DNA from: Lytechinus pictus
Taxonomy: Eukaryota
Direction of reading: 5' to 3'
DNA length: 64,000 nucleotides
Assembly: GCF_037042905.1 (NCBI RefSeq)
Contig: NC_087251.1
Coordinates: 36,148,001 to 36,212,000 of the forward strand
In this document: one piece after another, positions 37,756-50,279 of the stretch
Numbering within the stretch: position 1 is the stretch's first letter
How the letters are laid out: every line of letters begins with the position of its first letter
Program-made: the position numbers and the translations under genes
The notes under the pieces: model-generated
Told to the model about the DNA's origin: nothing
Database searches by the model: none
Seen by the model: the letters and a program-made list of their open reading frames with translations, nothing else

Positions 37756-38036
37756 TCAGCTTAAACCTACAAGTCTCAAGCTAACATTCCACTTTCTTCC
37801 GTTCACCAGTTTCTTTTCCGTGACCACCACCTCTATCTTGTCGCCCGGTCCCAGGACCTTTCCCTGCAAGATGTGATGCGGCATGTGGTTTCTGTGGCAG
37901 AGGCCGTGGTCTGCCAAGCCGACGTCTACAAACACTCCAAAGTGGACGGCGTTGACCACCCGACCAGAGAGTCTCATGCCCGGCATGATTTGCTCGATCG
38001 TGATGATTTCCTGCTTGAACAGGGGCTTCTCAAATT
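37756..38036 (-). CDS. SRBD1: SRBD1 last coding exon (S1 RNA-binding domain)
   Basis: CGTAG acceptor; (E)FEKPLFKQEIITIEQIMPGMRLSGRVVNAVHFGVFVDVGLADHGLCH...LGPGDKIEVVV...NVSLRLVGLS*. Confidence 0.95.
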
Positions 38037-39076
38037 CTACGATACAAGATGATTTGGAAAGGGATATAGAAGAAAGGATAAGTTTTCAGTTAGGATGATT
38101 CAAGGCAATGTTTCATCAATATTCATTGTTTAAGAAGTTGTCGGAGCACTGGAGAGCATTTCATGAAGTACTTGTCAGAAGTTTTATCCGACAAGTCCTG
38201 TTTTATCAGACAATTTCCATAGTCACAGTGCTTCTCAGCCAATCAAAATCAAGGAAAATTGTCAGATCTGAAAATTTGTTGGACAAAAACGTTGATCAAA
38301 CACTCCCGATGGGGTCTGATTGTTGCTATGGTAACTGTCGGATGAAACAGACTTTGTTGGATAAGACATCAAACAAGTACTGTCGTGAAACATTCCCCAG
38401 TAAGCATTAAACAAATTCAGCCCAGAATCATTATCATGTGACTTATGAAGTTAATCATGTGTAATGAAGGGTCAGTAGCATTAGAGATGCAATCAGTCTT
38501 AAAACTAAGATATCTTCAAATGCTATAACAAAATATGTGTTGATAAGTTACAGTGGATTATAAGAATGATTGTATCTCTTACTGTTAGAGGGTATATAAA
38601 TCTTTGGTGAAAATTCAATAAAGACAACAACATTATGTTGATGGCATTTGTTTTCAAAAAATAATTTTACAAAGTAACTGAATAAAATCCAGCAAAACAA
38701 AGATATTTCGTTTTGCTGAATTGATTGATTATAGAAAAGAATGATTCAAAGTCAACATCAAGAATGCCAATAAAAAAAATAATATCAAGAAATTTTTCAA
38801 ATTGAAAACATGAAGTATTAAGTCATATCCTATTGTGCCTATGGTAAACTTGAAGCCAAGCTTCTCTTTCAAATGCAGGTAATGATTTTTATGTCATTTA
38901 AAGATACACCAGAGTACAGGTTTCATAAAAATGTATTACTTTTTAAAAACTGATATCTTTTCAACCTCAGAAATAGAACAGAGCCATTGCTATGTGGGCA
39001 CTGTCTGACATGGCGACATCCTACTCTATGGCAAAACATCACTGACTCTAGGAAGTATAAAAAAATTTAGACTTAC

Positions 39077-39175
39077 CCACTCGGATATCATAATTTCTTG
39101 GTTGTTGCAATCCATTGATGATCAAGTCTAAAGTCGGCTCGCCCACTCCAATACTCTCTGCTAATGATTCTTTAC
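39077..39175 (-). CDS. SRBD1: SRBD1 exon
   Basis: AG/GT; (G)KESLAESIGVGEPTLDLIINGLQQPRNYDIRV; phase 1-1. Confidence 0.93.
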
Positions 39176-39593
39176 CTGATGGGAATTCAAATTGTTGGAA
39201 AGAATGGACATCATGGATATCAAACAAATTCTAATAAAATAATAATGATGATGATGATAACAATAATAATCAATCACAACAACAATATGCCACTTTTGAA
39301 AAAATCTATGCATTTCTGCAAAGACTTTAAACTTTCTTTTATCAGACCAAGTTTTTTACTGGTCCATCCCCCCCCCCCTTTCAGATCTCGGCAGCAAAAT
39401 GTGTTACCAACCCAAATTTTTGCACAGAAGTTTCAGACACATGAAAACGTTATAACTATCTATTTTCAAAATCTTGTACAGGATGATAATCTTTCTAAAC
39501 TATATTCTAAATAAGCTAAAAAGATTTGTACATGTACATGATGACAGGGTAACTTGTGTGATATTTATTAGTTGGTAAAAGATATCATTTTGA

Positions 39594-40019
39594 ACAAGAG
39601 TGTCGCTGGGGCGAGCACATAATACGCCCGCCTGTAATGTGGAAAATGGAGTTATTGGTCAAGCAAGAAAAGTGGAAGGTGGTATCTTGACCTTTGATCT
39701 TTTGACCTCAAATCAATAGAATTCATGGGATCCATGCTAGTATGATACACACCAAATTATATGAGCCTAGTTAAGTTAAACTGAAGTCATCATGTTTACA
39801 AGGACTTCAGAAGGGTAAGATGAAAGCATGTCACTGTGACCTTGACCTTATGACCTCAAAATCAATAGGCTATCTGGGAGCCATGCTAGTATCATACACA
39901 CCAAATTACATGAGCATAGGTTAAGTTAGACCGAAGTTATGGCGTTTACAAAGAAAAGTGAGCGGACGGACAGACGGAAGTGATTCCACATTACGTCCCG
40001 TAGGACGGTTGTGTAAAAA
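39594..40019 (-). mobile_element. Helentron-associated non-autonomous element (HINE/DINE-like)
   Basis: ACAAG end, two internal GACCTTGACCTT(T/A)TGACCTC repeat units, GGAC/AGAC microsatellite, small terminal hairpin before an A-run. Confidence 0.65.
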
Positions 40020-40067
40020 TGAATATAACATTAGTGCAGAGAAAAATGAAATAAGAACCCTTTATAC

Positions 40068-40153
40068 CTCTTGACTTGATCAGATTGTCTAGTTTATGTT
40101 TGATGCTCTCACTGCCAATGTCCTTTCCACTTGAGAACGCCATCTTTAAGAGT
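40068..40153 (-). CDS. SRBD1: SRBD1 exon
   Basis: TTCTAG acceptor, GTATAA donor; (K)LLKMAFSSGKDIGSESIKHKLDNLIKSR; phase 2-1. Confidence 0.88.
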
Positions 40154-40278
40154 CTAGAAATTGGAAATAAAAAATACAATCAGATCATATGCTATATACC
40201 AAAGTCCAAGAGCTGCATTGAACTATTCTGCAACAGGTCAAGGAAATGGGAAATTATTTCATTATCGGGGTTTCTTAA

Positions 40279-40872
40279 AAGGGAATCCAACCAAAATAAA
40301 AACTTGTTTTTATAAGGAAAAGAAAAATCAGTCAAGTTGATAGGTGAAAGTTTTAACAATATTGGACAAACAACAAGAAAGTTATGAATTTTTAAAAGTT
40401 GTAAATATTGGAAATCACTATACCCATGGAGACTTCAAATTGGCTGCATATGGGATGTCATAGTGATGTAAGGCAAGGCTACTCTTCCATGTACTCCAAT
40501 ACATATTATGGCTAAAATGTCATTTTTCCCAAAAGTTTTATTTCAAATTATATTTTTCTTTCATGAGGACATAAAACAATATACTACCTGGGTTATATTT
40601 AGATTAGTGCCCCAGGGGAATGGGTACTTAGGAGAAAACCACTAATCCCTGATAATAAAGTACATGGCCTATGGGAAAGTTGTCCTTGCCTCTTGTCATA
40701 ATTTACTTACCCAGTTGCCAATTTGAAATCTACATAGTATTAGTGATCTCAATTTTAAAGCAGCTATAACTTTCTTATTGCTTGTCCGATTTCTTTCAGA
40801 CTTTCACCATTCTGTTTAATTTATTTTTCTCCTTCCCAACACAACATTTTATGGCCAAGGCTGGATTCCCCT
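40279..40872. mobile_element. TTAA-flanked Kolobok-like MITE
   Basis: TTAA|AAGGGAATCCAACC ... GGCTGGATTCCCCT|TTAA. Confidence 0.75.
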
Positions 40873-41085
40873 TTAAGTTTTTTTTTTCACAAAGCAGTAA
40901 ACTTTCTAGAGTACTGGTCTGGTAATAATAAATGAAAATTTATGTAATGGGACATTGGCACTTCAGAGTGTGTTTCATGCAAAGTTTTGCCAGTAATGTG
41001 AAATGCTTTCCCCAGTTACTTTTTAATGTTTAATAATATTTGTTTGAAATACCATAAACTTCATGAACATTTTTTCAACATTTAA

Positions 41086-41825
41086 CCCTATCTAGGCCGG
41101 GGTATTTTGGGAGTTCATATTGCCGGGGGGGGGGGCTCCTTGAGATCTTGGCCGTTGGCTGCGCGATCGCGCCGAAAATTGGCACGCAGGTTGTCTGGGA
41201 CGTAATCTACAAAATTGTATAGCAAATTATTTCATGCAAATTGCTATTAAGTGATTATGCTAATTTATGCGTAATTAGTATACAAAATTATACTTTTCCC
41301 TCTAACTCCCTAAATAAAGCTCCAAATGTTCTAATTTTTGGTTTAGAAACTCTTTTTGGTGGTCTTAGCAAGTTTACATGAAAAAATTGCGATATATCAG
41401 ATCAATTTCTTATGTATTATATTGTTTTTTGCAATTTCTTATGTATTTCCTTGTTTTTTTACCTTTTATTTTCATTGTTTTTTCAATGAAATTTGTTGGG
41501 GACTCTTCTGAGATCATAAACAGCATAGAATACATTTGGACCAGCAAAACTAAAAATAATCATACATTAATGATTTTTGGTTGAAAACACAATTTGCATT
41601 GATTTTGTACACAAAATCACGTTTTGAGCAATTTTTGGTCTGACATGCACTTACATAATGTTGCGTAATTTCGGAACCGCGTGATGCAAAACTGGTCTCA
41701 AAAGTTGCGCAAGACTTGAAAGTAAAAAGTGAGCAAGCGGTGCGGTCAAAAAATTTCGCGCGACGAAAATATTGCGTCAATCGTTGAGGGGGGGGCTCCG
41801 AGGCCCCCCCCCGGCCTGGATAGGT
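41086..41825. mobile_element. piggyBac-like MITE (related decayed copy ~9500-10195)
   Basis: TTAA|CCCTATCTAGGCCGG ... CCGGCCTGGATAGGT|TTAA. Confidence 0.8.
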
Positions 41826-42329
41826 TTAATAACAGATGTTTCTTATAAAATTCAAGATAGTTACTGTTGACATCCTCATCATGTGCTCTTTACACTAGTA
41901 GCAAAAATAATTTTTGTTCACTCGGTCAGTTTGACTACTTCTCAGGATGCATGAGCTAAATCGATTTGGTCTTCTATGACTATTTGGTATAATTGCTCTT
42001 TGGTCTACTCTATACTTGGTCTACTCTATACTTGGTCTAATACCCAATTAGTCTAATTCTCATTTAGCCCAATGGCAATTTGGTATCTTTCACTTCCCCT
42101 CCTATTTTTCACTTTATCCAATGAAAGTTTGATTCATAAATACATGCAGACTAAATGGTCTTAGATCAAGTGAATATCAGACAAAATGACAATAGATGAA
42201 ATTGTTTGTAGATGATGTTGACAAAGTAGGATTAGACAATGTAGAATAAGACCAAACACAAAAGAGAAAGAGCGGGTGTTGCCCAATCAGCAATTTACAT
42301 CAAAAAGCATTTCTCGAGTACCGACTTAC

Positions 42330-42485
42330 TTTCTTGTTTCTTCATAAGATTCTGGATGAATCCAGGTGGCATCCAGTGGCTCTGGCTCAGTGGGAGGAGG
42401 GGGAGCTGCTTTCTTTCTTCTCTTTGATGGACCAGCTGAAGTCTTGGCTCGTTTCCTTGTCAAGGGTTTCACGTCTTCATCCTCA
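42330..42485 (-). CDS. SRBD1: SRBD1 exon
   Basis: TTGCAG acceptor, GTAAGT donor; (S)EDEDVKPLTRKRAK...EPLDATWIHPESYEETR, with the conserved PLD.T.IHPESY. Confidence 0.95.
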
Positions 42486-42709
42486 CTGCAATGATAATAT
42501 TCCAATTCATTTATTACAATTGTGTGTACAGGAAATTGCGACTGTCTTTCAAAATTATAGCACAGACCTACTTCTTTCAAATAGGCCCATGTCAAACAGG
42601 TTTGATACTCAAGTTAGGTTTATGTTCAAATGAACCAGATCTAGATCTAGGCCCTACAGTGATATGGTGACAGTAAACCTTGATTTTGAAAACTTTATCA
42701 TGAAATAAA

Positions 42710-43447
42710 TGTTTGCAGCAGCTACAGATACTAAGTTTTAAGATTAAAATACAACATACAAAAGCCATCACTGATATAAAAAATATGACCTGGATTTCCT
42801 ACAAAAAATCAAAGAATATGTTCAGACAGTCACTACGGCAAAGCAGACAACAAACTCGTAATGAGATCCTAACAGAAGTTAAATCTTCCAAGGACAATGG
42901 CCCTCTTCTCTTCAGCAAACTTGTCAAGCAGCCCAGATCTTCCAGCAACATCAGAACAGAAACAGACCTCTCTTATTGTCTGTGATAAGAAGTACACAGG
43001 GCAACAACTCCTTGCAGGCTGGGAGCAACACTTCGGTACTCTTTCCAATCCTGATCCCCGCCCTCCCAGCCAGGTAGATGAGGAAATAACACAGCCTCAA
43101 AAGAACTCACATCTTTGCAGCTGAACAACGCTTTTGCCAAGCTGAAATCTGGCAAAGCAGGAGGCGTAGACTAAATCTCCCCTGAACATGTTAAAATTTC
43201 CGGACCAATCACCCATCTTGTTCTTGTGCAGATTTACAACTCAATCTGACTATACTGTCACAAACCCTCCCAACTTCAAGACTAGCCTAATCCTTCCGAT
43301 TCAAACTAATGGGGTACATCACTCAGTACTACTTTCTGCAAGCTCTTAGAACTCCTCATTAAGCCAAACTTAGAAGAAGCTCTCCATAATTCAACCATAC
43401 CTCATGAGCTCCAAAGTGGATTCCAGGAAGATCACTCAAGTCTACTG
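42710..43447 (+). mobile_element. Decayed non-LTR retrotransposon (RTEX-like), 5' half
   Basis: Fragments WEQHFGTLSNP, LKSGKAGGVD*ISPEHVK, ITLSTTFCKLLE and LQSGFQEDHSSLL. Confidence 0.8.
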
Positions 43448-45294
43448 GTAGTAGGGAAACTGGACCTAATTTTTTATCTTTGGATAGGGTTTGACTTACG
43501 TGCTATGACTGTATTCATTTGAAAGAAAAAATTTTGCTCATACCAACTGCCAATTTTCTTGATGTAATTCCATTTTACTGCAAAGTTACAAGTGAACAGA
43601 AATTGACATTTTTCTGCCAATTACAGTTCAAAAGCCTCTCAAAATATGGTCATCTACGATACGCGTTCACGTCTAATTCAGGAAATGAAGGCATCCCTCG
43701 TAAGGAGGAGTCTCCACAAATGTGGCTAATGACGTCAGCGCGCAATGTTTTTTACGTGGCACGGCTCTGGAATATGTATCACTTTGACCCCTACTGTCTT
43801 CAGAATTTCACGTTACGCACCCCTACGGGTGCGTTTAGGTCAAGCCATTTCATGAGCGAATGCAATGCATAGAGAGGGGGGGAGAGAGACTCGATCGTAA
43901 GGTGCAGAACCAATGCTTGAGAGAATATGAGAGACAAAAGCTTATGAAGAAATGTGTCTGGGATTATTTGTGTGCATTATAAGTGTGTCCATTCAATGTA
44001 CCTTCCCACGTGGCTCACGACACGGCATGGAAATTTCCTTAATGTTTATGTCTGGCATTTGTCTTTGATTTGCATGTGATGTGGCAGTGCAATATCTAGT
44101 GTGTATTTGCTACGACAGAAAGACTTTAATAATCACTTCATGAAAAGGTATTCCCCAAAATGCGAGATGGGGGGGGGGGGGGCGGAGCAGGACGGCAAAG
44201 AATGAGAGGAATCAGCACGTAATTGATTTTTTTTTAAATGTGGGATTCTCTTATTTATTCATGATTCCCGTTGATTCTTAAAAATTGTTTTTAAATGCTT
44301 TTAATTAGGTGCTGGTGGGGGGGACAAGTTCCCACCAACTCCATATTTGATTTCTTTTAGCTTGATTGTCAGAAAATTATCGAGTTGTCAACTTGACAGT
44401 GGTGCCCAACTTCTTTTTGTCCAAAAAGCGTCAACCCCCTCCCCCCGTTCTGGTTATTCCTGGATTCAACCCTTCAAACAATTAACCCCTCTCCTTGATT
44501 TTTCATTTTGGTTGTTATTGATTTCCACACATTCATTATTATATTTGTCATGGATAGAGTTGTAATTTCTTTATTTCCTTTGATTTGTGAAAGCTTTGAT
44601 AACTGGGATCCTAAGAACTTACGATTATAGTTACTCTGTCATGGCAACTACCATGGGAACGATTTTCTCATCACACTGCTACTCCAACCTCTCGCCCTTA
44701 CATCTACCTTATCTCTCTTTCTGCTCCCTCTCTTCCCCCCCCCCCTGTCTCTCTTCTTCTCTGGGTGCTTTCATGTCGGGCCTATCCATTTAAAAGGAAA
44801 GTATTCTGATCGGGAATTTAATCAGATCAGAGTACAATTTGGGGCTGCTTTATTGATTTTTGGTTCGGCTATATAGGTTAATTAATTTATTTGTTATTGT
44901 CATCACTGGCAGATCCAGGGGTGAGAGGCACAAATAAACTTTGTAATGTAAAAATGCCATTGAAACAGAAGAGTGCCCCCCCCCCTTTGAAAGTTTTTTT
45001 TTCGCTTGTCAAATTTATTTAATCCCCTTAATTTTTGGTTAAAACCCTTTTTTTTTAAATACCTGTGTGCATAATACTATTATATCATCATGCTTGTAAT
45101 GTAATAAGCCAATTAATGGCTAAAATTTAAAAATAATTGGTACCATGACATAATGATATTTTGCTCAGTCATGTGTACATGCATTATTTTTGTTTCTGTT
45201 CAAATAACGATTCACATTCGGTACATCGCCAATATGGAAGTAAAAACTATATATGCACCGTTTTTACCCATATTCATCGGGATACAATTTTAAG

Positions 45295-46420
45295 ACAAGT
45301 GGAATGCCTCTGGCCGTCTCACCTGCATCACGCGATTCAATATAGCAGCAGTGCTGATTTTGAAAACTACTATAACTCGCACAAGATGTTCAGTGATACT
45401 TGGTTACTCTTATTTCCACGTTTTATGAACTAGCTAGACCTATACACTTATAGAGATATGATGGTAATTCAACAAATACCCCCAACGTGGCCAAAGTTCA
45501 TTGACCTTACATGACCTTTGACCTTGATCATGTGACCTGAAACTCGCACAGGATGTTCAGTGATACTTGATTACTCTTATGTCCAAGTTTCAAGAGAAAG
45601 ATCCATCAACTTTCCAAGTTATGATGGTAATTCAACAGATACCCCCATTATGGCCAAAGTTCATTGACCTTTGACCTTGGTCATGTGACCTAAAATGCGC
45701 AAAGGATGTTCAGTGATACTTCATTACTCTTATGTCCAAGTTTTATGAACTAGACCAACACACTTTCAAAGTTATGGCGGTAATTCAACAAATACCCCAA
45801 TTTGACCAAAGTTCATTGACCCTAAATGACCTTTGACCTTGATCATGTGACCTGAAACTTGCACAGGATGTTCAGTAATACTTGATTACTATTATGTCCA
45901 AGTTTCATGAATCAGATCCATAAACTTTTAAAGTTATGATGGTAAATCTACAGATACCCCCAATTCGGCCAAAGTTCATTGACCCTAAATGACCATTGAC
46001 CTTGGTCATGTGACGTGAAACTCATGCAGGATGTTCAGTGATACTTGATTAACCTTATGTATAAGTTTCATGAACTAGGTCCATATATTTTCTAAGTTAT
46101 GATGACATTTCAAAAACTTAACCTTAGGTTAAGATTTTGATGTTGATTCCCCCAACATGGTCTAAGTTCATTGACCCTAAATGACCATTGACCATGGTCA
46201 TGTGACATGAAACTCAGGCAGGATGTTCAGTAATACTTGATTAACCTTATGGCCAAGTTTCATGAACTAGGTCCATATACTTTCTAAGTTATGCTGTCAT
46301 TTCAAAAACTTAACCTCAGGTTAAGATTTGGTGTTGACGCCGCCGCCGCCGTCGCCGTCGCCGCCGCCGTCGGAAAAGCGGCGCCTATAGTCTCACTCTG
46401 CTATGCAGGCGAGACAAAAA
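45295..46420 (-). mobile_element. Helentron-associated non-autonomous element with ~160-bp tandem array
   Basis: Sub-terminal IR GTCTCACCTGCA / TGCAGGCGAGAC, ACAAG end, (GCC)n microsatellite, ~6 units marked by GGATGTTCAGTGATACTTG. Confidence 0.8.
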
Positions 46421-46649
46421 CCATATATTCCTGCCAATGCGACTGCATGATTTTTGCCTCATGTTTTCTTAAAGATCTATCATTTTCAAAGTTATATGAT
46501 TTGTAATACACCCAGCCTATTTTACAATGCATGAATATAACTCTTCAAGTTCATGTATATACATATAATAATGATTAATGCAGTCAAAATTAAGTTCATA
46601 CAGTATCAAGCTACCATATTTTTTTTTTCACATTTGTTCAATTATTCTT

Positions 46650-49600
46650 GCATCCCCTTTCCAGTAATCCTCTAGAAGTGGCCCTTCCATGTCTCAATCT
46701 CAATATCACTATCGTCATCATCGTCTTCACTTTCCAAACACTCATATTCTACTTTACATGTCTTCTCTACTCCCTTTCCATTTTCTGCGTCAATTACATA
46801 CCCCCTGAACCACACATCTTTATATTCAAATTTGTGTTTTATTATGTAACCAATAAGGTCTGTTGCTGTGACATCCTTTGTATACAAATCCCCCGACTTC
46901 AAATCTGCAATCAATTCTTGTTTACTGTAGTGATATATGTCATCAACATTACTTAGATATACCAGATCCATTCCATTAAGATATTTTCCGGCATACAAAT
47001 GCTGTGTACCACTTATTATCATTTTCCTCTCCAATCAAATGTTCAACTATTTTTCCTACAAGGTTGTTATACGGGGTGTGTCTACCAACATTTTGTTTCT
47101 TTCTTGATTGTTGCTCTCTTCACTCTCTCTCTTTCTTTTCATGGATTCTTTGTATTCCTTTACTTTTCCCTCAGGTGCACATAATATATTAACAATTTCC
47201 TTATCCTCTTCTTCAATTAGATCGATTCTTTCATTGCTCTTCTTCATCACTTTCAACAACTGCCCCTTCATTTCTTCAACAGATTTTTGTTTATCCTTTT
47301 TGTTGCATTTAAAATTCCATTCTCATTTTTTTCACAAAAAATTATATTTTCGTGCCTCCAGCTGTGTTTTTAGCATATCTATTTTCTTTTTGTTCCCACT
47401 TTGTTTAACAAACACCTCTCCATCTCTTCCTGACTTGTCCAAACGCCTCCGCAGCTCTCCTGTACCTCTTTGTATATCTTGTCCTTCCTTGTTGTTTCCC
47501 TTTCTTCTTTTGCCACTTTGCTTTCTCTTTTTCCTCTTTCGATCTTTTCTCTTTCATCCCATATCTTTCGGGCGCGGTGAGCGTACTTCTCCCTTTTCCG
47601 TTTTCTCTGTTTTCTTGCAAAGTCCATATACTTTCCTCTTTCTTCTGTTGTTAAATTTGATAACCATTTACTGGTTTTATTTTTTGAAAACGTAATCATA
47701 CCTTCTAAACAGAAACTATTTGCACTTGGTTTCTCCCACATCAGACGGTCGAGCAAACCAAAATCCCTTTCTACTTAAGTATTTGTCCTTGGAACACTGA
47801 CAACCTCGTCATCGCTACCTTTATATTTATCTGTTAGATGGTCTTTGAGCATACGGTTTGTTACATTAAGAAAACTACTAGTAAAAATTAATTCTAATAC
47901 TTGCTTCATTACATTGTCACTATCACACGGTTTGATTAGTTTATCGTACACAGCATCTTCATAATCTTAACATGTGGAAATATATTTACATTGCCTGTTA
48001 ACATTTGGGAAGAATCTTCAGACGGTTCGCTGAATGCTTTCATTACATCTTTAAGACTTGGTTAATGTTACTTACATTGCTCTTTACCTCCATGATGTTC
48101 TATAATGGGCTAGTAATTAACTTATCAATAAGACCAAGTGCTCTACAAGCTGCTATAAACTGGGGAACATTGATCTGCATTAACTGCCTTAATTAACAGA
48201 TTTTCTTGCTTATGTATGCTAAAGAAATCCTAGAGATCATCAAAAGAAAATAAACACCAGCAGCATTATAAAATAATATATTGAAACGATTCCCCTTAAA
48301 CGGTGCTAATGGTACATGATTTCTGCCTCTCTCACCAAAGAAAGCCCTAAAATTGACGGACTTCCCCGATTTTTCACAACCTCTATCCTGAACTGCTTTA
48401 CAAATTGTCCTCACTACCGGGTAATCGTTCTACTCCACCTTCATTGCCTTTCGCTTGAAATCCCACTGCCCTCACACCAACATTTGAATCTCCAACCACC
48501 ATCTTCTCCCATTTTCTCATTGCTTGCCCCGCCTGTTCAGCCAATCCAACAATATAATGAAGCCCACAAAATAATTATTCATTGCCACTGTCTTTTCCTT
48601 CTGAACTTCTGTGAATTCCTCCCATCCTCTTACAACACGGGGTAATAATTCCAACTACATGTATACTGTTGCAACAGTTCGTTAAATTTCTTTTGCACAA
48701 TGTGCCTGTCACTTATTGTATTTTTTATTTTACATATTATTTCTTCTATTTTACCACCAGGAAAGACTTCGCTAACATCATTCAAAATAACTTTTAACTC
48801 GTCTAATGATTCTTTTGCTGATCCACCAACACCTTGTCTTACACCTAACACTAAAGTTTCGCCTCCTTCTGTATGTAAATCAAACGCCCCAAAATGATGA
48901 CCATATTTCGTTGTTCCATCCGCCTCAAGCGTAACATTCCTTTCATTCTCTTTCTTCATCTTTTCTGCTATTTGAAATTGACTTAGTGACATCCCTTCTA
49001 CATACATATCACAAGAAAAGGTCCGTTTTGGTAACCTATCTACATTCACTTTCATTAATTTTTCTAGTACACTTCTTATCACTCCTTCACAATTCCGTGT
49101 ACTAACACCATAGTTACAAATCAGATCTTGGTAAACTATTCTTACATCATCGCTGTATTTTGCACCATCTCTACTATCTACTTTTATTTCACTTGCATCG
49201 TCTTAACATTTTTCTTCAAACTTTTCTATTTCTTTAACGGCTTTCTTTAGTCTTCGCTTTTGTACCATTATCTCTGTTTGCATTTTTCTCATCAATTTAT
49301 TTTTTTCTCGTAGGTAGCGGAGTGTATCCTTTCTTCTTTTTTGTTGAACAGATTTTTGCTTCTTTTCTCCTTCAACTCATTGCGGATTTTTGCATATTTT
49401 CGTTCAAGTTTACTTATTCTAATCCTATTTAACTGTAGTTCCTTATCCATCCTAACAACCATCGCCTTTCTTTCTTCTAGTGATGCACCTTTCCTTAATT
49501 CTTTTCTTTTAACATTTCTGAACTTTATGATCTTTTCCTACATGAATCTAACTTCATCTCCATCTTTTCGTACTTCTTTTCCATCACTTTCATTTGCTTT

Positions 49601-50279
49601 CTCATTTCTGCTTAATGTCTTACTTCTTTTGGGGGCCGACCGTCTTGGTCGCAGGCAAGAATGACATGTATTTACATTTTGATCACTTACTTTACGCTCA
49701 CCCCTACAATATTTACAACTCTTCCCTTTTGCCTTACTACTACTAGCCCTACTTCTTTCCTTAACAACAAACACTTCTCTCATATATTCATGAAGCTTAT
49801 CTTCTTTGTACCTGCTAGCGCGGATCATCGATTGAACATTTTTTTTTCTTTTTATACATATGTTGAGCACTAACATTATCGATATCAAAAAAGTTGCTTA
49901 GTAACAGTGTAAATTGCTTTGTACACATTTCCTGGCTCTTTGCCCAATTATATAATTTATTCGCTATTCTATTCGTCAGACACTCCCAACCAAGCTTCTC
50001 CCAAACACTCTCACCACACATTGCCAATTGCACATCTCCAACTCCCACTGTACTAAGTTTGTACTCCTTAACGCTCTCGAATCCTCTTCCTTTACTACAC
50101 ATTTTCTTAACCTTTCTTTTCATGTTACCAATATGAATTGTGACGTCATTTACGGGTCGTTTATTGATACTCTCTCTTAATAGGTGTAAACATTCTTTGG
50201 TTGATATATCAAAGTCTGGCAGGCTCGTAAATTCATTGAAAGAGGTCTCGGTAGCACACCGGGCTCCCATCGTATTCAC
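46650..50279 (-). pseudogene. Decayed CxxH-type (hAT-related) DDE transposase with C-terminal tandem Spindlin-like Tudor repeats
   Basis: Collinear fragments TLEADGTTK (~48920), TISDRH (~48710), FCGLH (~48565, after a 1-nt frameshift), FKGNRFNILFYN, RTNT*VERDFGLLD (~47770), coiled coil, then LVGKIVEH..KWYTAFV / LIGYIIKH..WFRGYVI. Many stops and frameshifts. Confidence 0.8.
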
